DNA of 63,737 bases, filler included, from Choristocarpus tenellus KU-1152 (taxonomy: Eukaryota; Protista; Phaeophyceae): assembly GCA_964200185.2 (NCBI GenBank). It is 12 parts of 12 records of this genome, joined end to end, with 100 filler letters (N's around TTAATTAATTAA, not from the genome) between each part and the next. Parts side by side here need not be neighbours in the genome. Positions count along the whole stretch, not along the records: positions 34,322 to 39,353 come from CAXNAD020012111.1; positions 39,454 to 42,932 come from CAXNAD020019760.1; positions 43,033 to 45,924 come from CAXNAD020023878.1; positions 46,025 to 53,819 come from CAXNAD020005570.1; 8 more parts are not named here. One strand, written 5' to 3'. The position numbers and the translations under genes are program-made. The notes beneath the pieces were generated by a model. It ran no database searches, was not told the DNA's origin, and saw only the letters and a program-made list of their open reading frames with translations. Of the stretch, positions 37,324 through 48,663 are shown in pieces (the stretch's first letter is position 1; each line of letters opens with the position of its first letter).

Positions 37324-39203
37324 TTCCTCCCCCCCCCCCCCCCCAGCTCTGCTGGACACATTCTGAGGCAGGCGTAATTCACTACATAAAAACGTTTTTC
37401 CAATGTCGCTGCTGATACACAATTACTTCATCAGGTGCAACACTACCATAACTACACACGTAACAGTCTCGTAAATAACTGAACAGGAACAAAGCACTCA
37501 CCAGAGGGCAACCTCTACCGCATCCCCTAATAAAAAATCTCGCTCAGTTAGCAAAAGAGATCCAAGGGGAGGGAGATATAGATTTTAGAAAGTGATAGGA
37601 GTCGGTGGAATAGTATGACCCGTTGAACAAATAAAGTCATCTGCATATCTGCATACCGGAGGTATACCTTACAATGTCATACAATACCATTTGCTGATTC
37701 CCCCCCCCCCATGCCTGGTTGGCGGGCGGGAGTGTCCAATGCATCATCAAAATCGTAGCGTGGCTGAATGTTTTTATTACACTTACTTCCCCAAAAAAGA
37801 TTCTTCATGATGTGCAATGGCAGTCCAACGGAAACGAAACTGAACACAAATCCCGTCGATTTAACCCCCTCCCCCTGAGGTCAACTGCCCCTGGCCCCCT
37901 CAAAAGCATAGCGCGCCCATCACATTGCAATCAGGGCATTGGAACCCTTCAACCAATCATTGCTCACCTTCTCACGTCCCTGCCCAATCAGAGGAGGTCC
38001 GTCGCTGTTGCCCTCCAACTCCGTTCCCGAGAGGTCCATGTCATCGGAAAATCCGAACCTGACACCAAGGCGCAGTAGAGCGAGCCCATCATCCAGGGGT
38101 TTGGTAGAAGATGGCACGTGAGGCGTGCATGTATCTCACAGACCACCTCACGTCTAATCTCATTTCAAAGAAACTGGCATGTAACTTGCAAACAAAAAGG
38201 TGCTGAACCCCAACACTAACAAGCGGGCAACTTACAGACTGTACAGCAGCCCTTGATGACTCACTGGTCAATAGGAGTACGGCGATCGAAATCTTTTTAA
38301 ACTCAAAGATTCAATTTTTTACTCTTTTTTGTTATCTTGATTTTTCGATAACCCGTAACAATACAGGCTCACGATATCATCACTTCTTATTAGTGTGATT
38401 ACTGTTTATATTTTTATTTGTATTATTAAAACCTCAACACAATGAAAAATTGAGATCTTGGAACTTGACTGTGAGATTTATAGATAGATAGATAATTCAA
38501 CCACTGTAACTGATCTACCATGGCTTGTAAGGACTCTACCCCAAATTGGGGAGTACAGCTCTGTTATTCATTGAGGGAGTGAGCATAGGTCCAGTCAAGG
38601 ACTACATACGCTTCAAACACCAAATAATGCAAACACTTCAGCTATCTTAGGAAAACCCTGCATGCTGTGTCTACAGCCTCTCATGTGCATATTTATGTGT
38701 ATGTATGTAGCCCTGACAGGTACTGGTGTAGTAGCATACTTCAGCACATGTTGTGGTACATCTGACGATTTCATTGGATGAGCCTCCTCCCCAAACATTG
38801 GTCTTGAACACACTTCACTCATTGCCCTTGTTTGTCCTGAGTACAATAAAAGGTACTACTTGTCTTAGTCTCAACGATCACATCTCAAAAACCCCAACTG
38901 CAGTGATTCCAACAACAGATACATAACCAGCCATGCAATCGCCCAAAGAATAGGAATATTAATATAATCAATAACAGTACCTGATCACAGACTCAAACAC
39001 AGCACACGCACGCTATGCAACCCATACACAGTTACAAATTTCCTGGATATTCTGCCTCCAATAGGAAAATTCCTAAGAGCACAAAAAAAGCAAGAAAATG
39101 AGTCATCTCACCAAGACCCACTCTTCTTGACGAGCCCAACCGCCTGCCCTAGATCAAGTAGCTCCCCGTACCCATCGAACCCCTTGCCGTACATTAAATC
39201 CAC
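35100..39203 (-). CDS. recA: Bacterial-type (organelle-targeted) RecA, C-terminal three exons: 39203-39112, 38058-37968, 35471-35100 (stop)
   Basis: Spliced VDLMYGKGFDGYGELLDLGQAVGLVKKSGSW|FGF...PPLIGQGREK|SKSFLSSHPRLSHVM matches the RecA C-terminal domain (ILYGEGI..GELVDLG...IEKAGAWY...IGQGK). Canonical splice sites, consistent phases. Confidence 0.9.
36160..36335 (+). mobile_element. Possible tRNA-derived SINE remnant in a RecA intron
   Basis: GGAGGTTGTGGGTTTGAATCCCA resembles a tRNA T-arm/B-box; the tail ends in telomere-like CTCTAACCCTAA. Single copy in this window. Confidence 0.3.
37253..37344. repeat. Poly-C tract (~90 nt); similar G/C runs occur at several contig ends
   Basis: Seen directly; it produces the spurious poly-Pro/poly-Gly ORFs. 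Confidence 0.95.
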
Positions 39204-39301
39204 CTGGAGGTGAAACACACACAATCCATGTAAGAGACAAAACCAAAACAAAGAGAGCATCACACGCCTTCCACCTTCAAACCTTATCGCATCTCTCGGT
39301 C

Positions 39302-39342
<41 letters not shown>

Positions 39343-39507
39343 ACCCCCCGCCTNNNNNNNNNNNNNNNNNNNNNNNNNNNNNNNNNNNNNNNNNNNNTTA
39401 ATTAATTAANNNNNNNNNNNNNNNNNNNNNNNNNNNNNNNNNNNNNNNNNNNNGATCAGATCATGAGCCTGGCAGAGCCTGGCAGAGTGTCCACGTCATA
39501 AACCACA

Positions 39508-39544
39508 TGTAGACCCCCCCCCCCCCCCCCAGATGCTTTGAGCC
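39508..39544 (-). mobile_element. MITE family B terminal fragment abutting a LINE remnant
   Basis: gtagac-C17-agatgctttgagcc is the reverse of the family B left end. Confidence 0.7.
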
Positions 39545-40360
39545 TCAGCTTCGATTGAGCTTTCCATTCTTAACCTCAAGCGAGACGCATGAGATCCTGT
39601 CCTAAAGAACATCGCTGTATTTACGAAATACACTCCCAAGCTTTCGGAATCCTCTGGCTGATCTCACCATTAATAGCGCCATTGTCCCTGGTGGTTCCCT
39701 AAAGGTAAACAAGCTTGTCAGTCTGCTCGTAGGTCTGGTCTAATGCCCGAACCTGGATGGTTTTGGCATCCTGATAATTAGGAGGTTGAAAATTATTCTT
39801 CATATATTTAATGCCGATATACTCGAACCGAATGATCTGTCCACCTTAACAAACACCATCATTCTGGTCAAACCTTCTTGGGTCTTGGAAGACAATGCCC
39901 ACATTATCAGCATATAACGATACCCCCAAAAAATAGCTCAAGTGCTCCTCCTCTGATCGGGTTGTTTGTGTGGTCGCGCTGTTGATGACGAGGTCCTTGG
40001 ATATGGTCGAGTTAGTACTGTATGAGGTAAAGAAGATGATGAAGAGGATCGGAGCAAGACCACACCCCTGCCGAAGGCCCCGTCCAACCTCGAACCAATC
40101 TATGCACTCACCATCATCCATTCAAACACATGCCCTCATACGATCATAGGAATGACACATGAGAGGTATCGTCTTGAAGGTTTGATAAATTTGACCAGCA
40201 CAGTCCCCAGGAGATCACGATGATGAACAGAACGATATGATTTCTGTAGATCGATAAAGCACATGAAGAGGGGTACACTTGCTTTTCCTGACGAAGGTTT
40301 GGAGGGTAATTGAGGGGTGTAGATAATGAAAAATCTTCTTGTTCTGGAAACCACACTACT
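39545..40360 (-). mobile_element. Non-LTR retrotransposon (RTE-like LINE) reverse transcriptase pseudogene
   Basis: VPLFMCFIDLQKSY, DWFEVGRGLRQGCGLAPILF and LYADNVG (degenerate YADD), with frameshifts. Confidence 0.88.
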
Positions 40361-43340
40361 ACGATTTCCTCATTACCAATGTTTTGTTGTTCCAACAATC
40401 TCCAACTGATTACATATATATGGTCACTGAAATCTCAATATTATATTGGTCTTCACCAACTGTACATATTATTGTTTTTTCTACCTACTCTCTTTTTGAC
40501 CGATAGAAAGTTGGTGGAAATTGTAATATAGAGATGGGTCTCAATGACAAAATGCTGTTTTTAAGAACGTATGTCAAGACAACAACAGTAGATGTATCTC
40601 AATACTAATACCCTTTTTTGTTTAGTTATAGCCCCAACTACATAACTCTCGCGCGAACTTTTGGATGAACGCGCGCGATTTGGCGGGTAGTTCTCAAATG
40701 TCCAAGTAAGTCCTTGTAAACAATAAATTGTCAGCCTAGCCTTGCTTGGTTCGAAATCAGCCTTCTTCCAGAGTACGAACCACCGCAGGGTTGGGTAGTG
40801 GCATTGTTCGTGTGCATGATGTTTTCCCGGGTCAGTGCATGTCGAGTTCTGGGGAAAAGGTGAACTGCCGAAGTCCACTTGATTTGCATTGTTTGTCAGG
40901 TGTATCCTTGATGGCGTACTACAACATGTTACACCGAGTTCTTCTTTGAGATATCGTCTCATGAGACATGACCCAGCCGTTAAGCTATGAAATCTCCATG
41001 TATATCTTCTTATCAGAACGGATCTCATGTTCCATTGCCAGCAAAGGTCCACTGCCTCATCGAAACTCTTGTCCTGTCCTTGCCCACCACAAACCACTCT
41101 GTTGGGTCCCTGCACTTCCAGTCAGCGGTGGCCGCTTTCCGCACGCGCCCTTGGTAGTGGTGTCACCAGGGGTCGAGATAACCAGAGCGTATATCCTCTG
41201 GGTCAAATTGTGCCTGGTGGAGGCTGGGGTGGCATCCCCACAACGCCTTCAAACATTGCCCACGCCTCAAGTGCAAATTTCCGCAGCTCTGTCCGGGCAT
41301 ACAACAGCTTCGTCGGGGGCGATGGTGTGGAAGGTGAAGCTTCAAAGGTAAGGGGAATATAATGAACAAAAGTCTGCACCTGTTCCATCCGAAAAGGTAC
41401 AATATCCTCCTTCCCTCGACAAAGAGGACAGTGGACTTGCCCTACTAATGTAGCTATGACTCCCCTAAGAAGTCTCCAATCAGATAAGGGCTGCCGCTTC
41501 TCAATGTAACACCCAATGTAAACACTGCCCATGGTACTCGCAATGTTGATGGGAGCTGTTGTTACGTTGGTTTGCTGTATGTTGAAGTTGACGGTCTACG
41601 TGGAGATGGAGAGATGGATGCGTTGTTGTATGTCATCACTTTCCCTACTTCCACGATATCGAGATCGGAACTGATCAGCAATCAGCGACAACTAACACAC
41701 GCGAAGGCGTGAAATGGGGTTTGACCCTAGAGTCAAGTATCACAGAGAAATGATCGCACTCACACACACATAGATTAATATCCACCCTTGTAACCTCAAG
41801 GACGCCGACGGGAACACCCCGAAGAAGAAAGAATGCTGCCCTACCCATGCCGCTGAGGGTGTGAAAAAGAAGAAAGAGATACCTGCAGGTACCGATTACT
41901 TTAGGTGTCATTGTATTGACTCAAGTGACTCTGAAAAGTTTGTTGGCATTAGAAGCTGGGTGTATTGTGTTTTAGCCACCACTATCTGCAGATGATGTGG
42001 CTCGTAGCCCATGCCTGACTGCGGCACAGAGTATCGTTTTTATTCACGTGGGAGACTTTCTATGACACCTCTTTCTTGATTGAACTTCCGGTAATGACCT
42101 GAACTTCTTCTTGGAGTGGTAGGATCACTAGAGTAATGAGGTAGTACTTGCTGTGAATCATGTCCCTGAAATGTAAGTGCTCTTTGTTGAATGCTGCTGT
42201 ACCCTCTCCCTAGCACCAAAGTATAGTGCAAACTCTTTGGTTGTGGATGTTCTCTCTTACTCAATACCTTTTGATGAAGAATAGTCTCCAAGGAATCAAA
42301 TGGCCCAAGTATTTCCACAGCATCTGGAGTATTATGAGTTGCAATTTATTCAAAACTATGCAAATGTTGCATGTGGATAGACCTGTTTGATCTATACCTT
42401 GACAAGCTGATTCAAAGCAAGGTCGGAGAAGGGAGTGACATGGGAGTGTTTTGTTGATTGTTTTATCTTGAGTTGTTTGCTGTGTAATAGAAATCGTCGT
42501 GTATGTGTATACACTATTGAAGGCATTTTGAAGTATATGCTCTGTTTTCTGTGTTGAAATATATACTCTGGACGTCTTACCTGGAATTTTTGTGCACTAT
42601 TTGCATTGAACTTTTGCACTCTTGAGACTTGAGTCTACTTCAACCTACGGCATTTTGAGGTGTGGAGTTGGTGAAAATGAATTGTAAGGGGAAATAGAAG
42701 CAAGAAGTGGGAATCAGTGTACTCATGTTTGCAGCAGGTGCACTCAGTTCGCAAGCTCTTTTTTCCTTCTCGTCATCATGCCAGCAGAATGATCGATCCC
42801 TCCATGTAACGATGAGCCAAAGGAGAATCAAATTATAAAATCAATTTTGGAGTTGTTGCCCTGCATCACTCGTACCCTGTTTTCCCGTTTCGTTTTTTTT
42901 TTGCGTTGCTTACTGTGTCACTTCTTGGAGCANNNNNNNNNNNNNNNNNNNNNNNNNNNNNNNNNNNNNNNNNNNNTTAATTAATTAANNNNNNNNNNNN
43001 NNNNNNNNNNNNNNNNNNNNNNNNNNNNNNNNAAAGGGTTTCGCCAGTAAAATAGTTTTGGAGAAATTTGTTTTTATTTACGAGGGGATGACTACTAAGG
43101 GGGGGAGGGAGGGGGGATTGTTGAGAAGTGAGGGAGTGAGGAGAGAGTTGGTTAATGAGATGAGAGGTGAAGTAGAGGTATGGTGGTGTCTTAGGCTTTT
43201 AGATGCAGAGGTTGACTGTGGGAGGGAGTTTTGTAACTGTCGTGAAAAAAAAAAGGGGGTGGGACCTACTATTTTTTTATTTGTTCAACATTTGTTAATC
43301 AATTACACACACACACACACACACACATATTGTCGCACAG

Positions 43341-45146
43341 GCTGCTTTCAGGGCAGAGGAGGGTAAGAGTCTCGTAGTGGCAGATTATGGACAGCTGGAG
43401 CTGAGGCTGCTTGCTCACATGGCAAACTGCAAGAGTATGATTGATGCATTCAAGGTTTGTGTAATGATTTTTATTTTGCAAGGAGGTGCTATAATTATAG
43501 GAGTTTGGGGGGCGGGGCGGGGGGGGAGGGGAGTCCTTAGTGAGGTCTTAAGCAGTGCTGGCATGGTGTGTGTTTGTGTTTGTGTGTTTTATTAATAGTA
43601 AGAGTATTTATTTTTCCTTTGTATCGGTGTGAACCCTGAAAACCACAAGGGGTGAGGGGTGCGATTTGATGACGCCCTTTAACGGTGATAGTAGTTAATA
43701 GTAGTAGTGGTACCAACTTCCTTTTTTTCCCTCTTGTGAATAGACCTTGTCGAGAGTGACCATTCGGTGCATCCACTTTAGCCTGCCTATCTACCCCCTT
43801 TCACCAGTCAGATTTTTTTTTAAATATTTTTGTTGAAAAGTCTCAATCTCTTGAGACCTAGCTCTCCCTCGCCCACTCACCAAATTGCTTACGCGCTGGG
43901 TACCGCAGGAGGGGGGCTGTTTCCACAGTCGAACTGCCGTTGGTATGTTTGATCACGTTAAGGAGGCGGTGGACAAGGGTGACGTGTTGCTGGAATGGGA
44001 CTTCTCAAATGTATGTGTGGTTCTTTTAGCCTTGTTTTTGTGTGGTCTGTGGAAGTAGTCGTAGTTGTTGTTGTTGTAGATATTGTCCTTAGCTCCCCCC
44101 TTCCCCTGAAAATGGAGTAGGGATTACAAAGCTGCAAAAAAGAGGAGGGGGGGGGGGGGGACCCTCCCCTTCCCCCCCCAACAGAAAAGAATTCAAAATT
44201 GAAGACAGAAGAAAATGTTCTCCTGCATATGACAAGTTCATAACTTGCCAGGTGTTTCAGACTTCTCCACCAAAGCAGTGCCCCCTTTGTCTCTCTGCTT
44301 GAGCCCCTGTGGCATTGAATGGCTGCATAGATGCAGTGAACATTCCTCATGTACCCTTTTATCATGTACCTTATTATGATGGTATTCCTCATGTACCCTT
44401 TTATCATGTACCTTATTATCCTGAAGTCACTGCGTTGTCAAAATCTGATGAGGTCTCTTCTTGCTCACCCGTTTGCCTTTATAGTGTTAAGGGTAGAGGG
44501 CATCGGTTGTATGCCAGTAGTGCAATGCTTTGAAGTGAGACAATAAAAGGTACTTGGTCTTGTGGAGGAAAAAGGTACCTTGACGTACTTAGAATTGTCT
44601 GTCTGTTGAGACAGTCTTTCGGAACATTCCGATGGCGGCATCAAATATACTAGTATCTCTGTTTTCTTGTTGCACAACACACCCGTACCCCCCCCCCCCC
44701 TCTTTTAATTATATAATTTTAATTCTTGGTGTACGATTTTATTATTTTATATTTTAAGAGGTCGCTCTATCTCCACTCTTCCAATCCCCCTATCTTTTTA
44801 TTGTTTGTTGCCTTAAGTCTGGTTTACGTACCCCCTTTGCTCTAAATACCCTGACGTTGTCGGTAACGCAGTGACTATTAATTAGTATTGAAGTACCATC
44901 ATAATGCACTGCAAACGTGTAGGAATCCCAGTGATGATGATGATGATGATGATGATCATAATGATAATAATAGTAATAATAATAATGATAATATAATAAT
45001 AATAGTAATAATAATAATAATAATAATGTTGGTGAGTGTCTATCCGTCTGTCTGTGTATTTGTGTATTTGTGTATCTGGCTGGCTGGCTGACTGGCTGTG
45101 TATTTGTATGTCTGTCTGTGTATCTATCTGTCTGTATCTGTATCTG

Positions 45147-45179
<33 letters not shown>

Positions 45180-45278
45180 GTCTGTCAGGGACCTCCACCT
45201 AAGCCTCTTGTGAAGGATATGTTTGCAAGTGAGAGGCGAAAAGCCAAAACTCTCAACTTCTCCATTGCCTATGGAAAG
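43341..45278 (+). CDS. POP: Family A DNA polymerase, POP (plant/protist organellar) type. Exons 43341-43454, 43909-44010, 45189-45278
   Basis: Motif A ADYGQLELRLLAHMANCKSMIDAFK, GGCFHSRTAVGMFDHVKEAVDKGDVLLEW (POP-type insert), motif B ERRKAKTLNFSIAYGK. All junctions CAG/GT, phase 0. Confidence 0.93.
44342..44418 (+). repeat. Tandem duplication of a ~41-bp unit (ATTCCTCATGTACCCTTTTATCATGTACCTTATTAT...)
   Basis: Two adjacent copies. Confidence 0.85.
44931..45187 (+). repeat. Compound microsatellite (GAT)n-(AAT)n-(TCTG)n in a POP intron
   Basis: Seen directly in the sequence. Confidence 0.9.
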
Positions 45279-46926
45279 GTCTGGTCCCCTGTTTCGATAC
45301 ATGAAATGACCACACAGCAAGGCCCGTTGAGTCTCTTGCCCCATGTGGTTCACCTGTGATCCATCCATGCCGTTCCCCTGAGGGCCTTTTTTGCAAACAT
45401 AGACAACCTGACCAAGGCAATCCTAATGGAAACAAATAGGATAATCCCCCCCCCTGGTTTTTAGCAATTATTTCGATGGAATAGATTTTTTTGTTCCAGA
45501 AAGTTAAAAGAGGAAAAATTTAGTCTTCAAAAAAAAATCGTTGAGGGATATGTATAGTCAGTCTTAAAATGAAAAAAAAGGTTGATACGATATTCCTTTC
45601 CTTTTTATTTTTAATTTACCCCTTTTTATTTTTTGTTGCAAAGGACTACCGTTGTTGTTTCTCATCCTTGCCCGTTAACTTTTCTTGGCATGGGCATGTC
45701 AGAGTGACACCCCCCCTCCCCCCTTGTATCTCAGTACCCCACTCCCATATAACCAATTTGGTTGGAACAGTATACATGCACCGCTGCCATTGCACTGAAT
45801 GCTCTCCACTGTCGGATAGGTTTGTGTCGGAGCAAGGGGAAGGACAGGGGGGGGGAGGGGGGGGGGGGGGGGGGGGGGGGCGGGAAGCGGGAAGGAGGGG
45901 GTGGGGTTTTGGGGAAAAAGAAGCNNNNNNNNNNNNNNNNNNNNNNNNNNNNNNNNNNNNNNNNNNNNTTAATTAATTAANNNNNNNNNNNNNNNNNNNN
46001 NNNNNNNNNNNNNNNNNNNNNNNNAAAAAAGAAAGGGAGGGGGAGGAGTGGGAAGGGGGGGGGGGAGTGGGGGGGGTGGGTTGCGTACGTCGGCGAGTTC
46101 TCAATTGAAAGAGATGATACTATACACACAGTTGCACAAAAATAAAATAATAATAACATAGTATGCTCAAAACACGGCCGAAAATGGAACGTTGTTTTTG
46201 TTCCACGTGGAGCTAGGACCTCAAACCAAATGTATTAAATCTGACTCGCCCCCCACGATTCCAATCACATTCTTAATGTTGTCTAAAATAGAAATATTCC
46301 AGGAGATACGTTTTTTTTTTTCTTGAAAACCACTTCCTTCCCGAACATGCACAGCACGTAGTAGGCATGGTCTGAACATGCCAGAAAAAAAGGTAGACCG
46401 GCTAGCTGTTGGACACGGACTGGTGCAATCACCCAGTGGGCATGGTTCGGACATCTCAGAGAGTGTTTGACCCAGTTCAGCTGGTGGAAATGGGACAGGA
46501 CATGTCAAATAATTATGGGACTGTTCCAGCCAGGGGATGGGACCATTTTCATTTGCCGACCCGGTAAAAATCCCTGAAAATTACTTGATGGATAATAGAG
46601 CCAGAACTCTTCCCTCATCCCTCCCCCCATACCGCCACATCTACAATTTTGCTTCACATTGAGACATACATGCATCCTATACCTCATCAGCCTTGTCCAC
46701 ATCATGACTGAGGTGGCCTAGTAGCACACACCTGTCCCCTCAACCCATCTGTTCTGCTACTAATACAAGCTACGAACTCTCTGTTCCTGCACTCCTTACC
46801 TAAGAAAGAAGGCTGCTTTGCTTCCCAGCCCCTGACAACATATTACTCAGACAATTCCTCACTCATCTCCATGCCCTTTTTTGCCCCACCCCCATTTGGC
46901 ATCTCTCCAATCCAGTTCCAGCTCAC

Positions 46927-48342
46927 CTGCATGCTATCGCCTGTGGCATCTGCATTGTGCAGCTCCAACTGCCTTCGCAGCTTGGGCTCAAATTCAGCGT
47001 TCATGCTAAACGCCGGAGCGGTGTGCATTACTGTCCCATACTCACCTGAAAAGATACATTTTATTACCTGCATGCAGGTACATAGACGGATGGAAAGAGA
47101 GGGTATGTTAGTGTCAAGAAGGGTTACCTTGAGTGGTGGGATACTCTCGTGGTGGGATGCTTGCCTTTGTCTTCTGTATCCTGGAGTGTAGCTTCAGCGC
47201 TTGGAAGAGCATAACCCCCCCCTTACGAAAGACGCAAGTTAAAGATAGGATGCATGAGAGGGGTGAATGCAATGTTTGATACAATATTTCTATGCCTTTA
47301 GGGACAGGAATGAGACATTAGGCAAGTTTGAGCGTGCCTTGCAGGTCTCAGGGATAGGAACCAGCGTTTAGAGCCATGCCTCGTAGGCACGGAAAAAAAA
47401 TAAAATATATATATATATGGTCTATAGATGAGGCAGTTTCGATTTTCCGAATTGGAGTCATTTTGTGGATGCAACCATCTCCGTGCTACAGAACTCTCAA
47501 CCCCAACGACCCCGACTAAAAAAAACACCACTGTGTCCGCAAAATACAAAAAGTAGTGGATAAAAGTGCCTTTAGAACACCGGATTTTACCTCGAGAAAT
47601 GCAAACGGCACCCTTCTGCGACCTTGTTCGTCTGTCAAGCACATGTAGGTGATACCGTTCTCCACGATGTAGTGGAAGACAAAGCTGTCCCATACCTAAA
47701 CACAGGCAGTCGGCGTTTAGAACAACATGGCACAACCTGCTTAATGAGGTGCACCCTGAGCAGCTAGAAGGTGCACAGCAGTAAGGCATTTACATGCAAT
47801 CTGGAGATTTCAGGGCAAGTACAGTGACCAATTTATCATCCCCTGTCAAAACAGACCTTTAGGAGGTGCAGGTGTTGAAGTGTCGTTTTTGGAAAGATCT
47901 CAAATAACTATCTCACCACCAACAGTCTAGAGTCACCTGAAGTTCACTCTTATTGTTTAAGATGACCGTAAAATACATACATCAAGATGTCCCTAGCAAA
48001 CTTACTAGGGTGGACTGTTTTATCGAATCAACTGGGATATGCAAAACTTGGTATCTCTCAAGAAACAAAAAATGCAGTACAATTGAAGGGTGCCCGTAGC
48101 ACTCACATATGACATCTTCCCATCGTTCCCAGGGATCTTCGAGAGTAGCACTCTTGTGACAGTTGGGAAGTTTCCTAACACGAGAAGGTGAGAAGAGGCA
48201 GAGAAGGGGCGAGGAACAGATAAGTGGAATTCGCAAGTTGAAGTATGCAGTTTTACATAATGCATTACCTCTCACCTGTTGTTGCGGTGTACTCCGCGAG
48301 TACATCCTTTCCTCTGGCGACGAGAGCGTACACAATTGGCAT
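46927..48342 (-). CDS. VAMP7: VAMP7/VAMP71-type longin R-SNARE, N-terminal exons 48342-48276, 48174-48107, 47695-47591, 47067-46927
   Basis: Spliced MPIVYALVARGKDVLAEYTATTGNFPTVTRVLLSKIPGNDGKMSYVWDSFVFHYIVENGITYMCLTDEQGRRRVPFAFLEVIKCIFSGEYG...AFSMNAEF is a classic longin domain. SNARE motif not found on this contig. Confidence 0.93.
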
Positions 48343-48663
48343 CTCTAATCTGCAGCCTTTCCTTCAGAACTATTGTAATTGAGGAATTGGGAAGGTACTC
48401 AATTGGTTGAAGCTTTAAAAAAAATTGAAGAGAATGATGACGAGGTCGAAAAATGAAAAAGTCACCCACAGTTTCGTCTCATCTTTCCCTCATTTACGAA
48501 CATTCGTACCATTGGACACAACCAAAAAAGATGGTCAGTAGAGAAGATTTCTTAGCGAGCTCCGCTGATCACGACACAAGCACGCAACCCGGAATTCACA
48601 TTTGATTGATCAACCGGGGAGTCATTGAGTGCAGTGCACCAAGTGGTTGGGTCTGTGGCCCAG
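48343..48663. promoter_or_regulatory. Putative bidirectional promoter/5'UTR region between VAMP7 and the CNB gene
   Basis: Divergent ATGs 321 bp apart; no specific elements identified. Confidence 0.45.

Noticed and set aside
36941-37422. Poly-Pro/poly-Gly ORFs (extensin- or formin-like)
   Set aside because: These are translations of a poly-C tract inside a RecA intron.
35100-39203. Bacterial contamination or recent HGT suggested by recA, Pol A and PMP motifs
   Set aside because: All three are split by spliceosomal GT-AG introns and surrounded by host repeats, so they are established nuclear genes.
40760-42650. Candidate exons of unidentified genes (plus ~40772-41347; minus ~42070-42640)
   Set aside because: Splice-like borders exist, but no consistent phase chain or recognisable domain could be built.
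35100-45278. recA and POP polymerase as an organellar DNA-maintenance gene cluster
   Set aside because: They are on different contigs separated by two artificial linkers, so physical linkage is unsupported.
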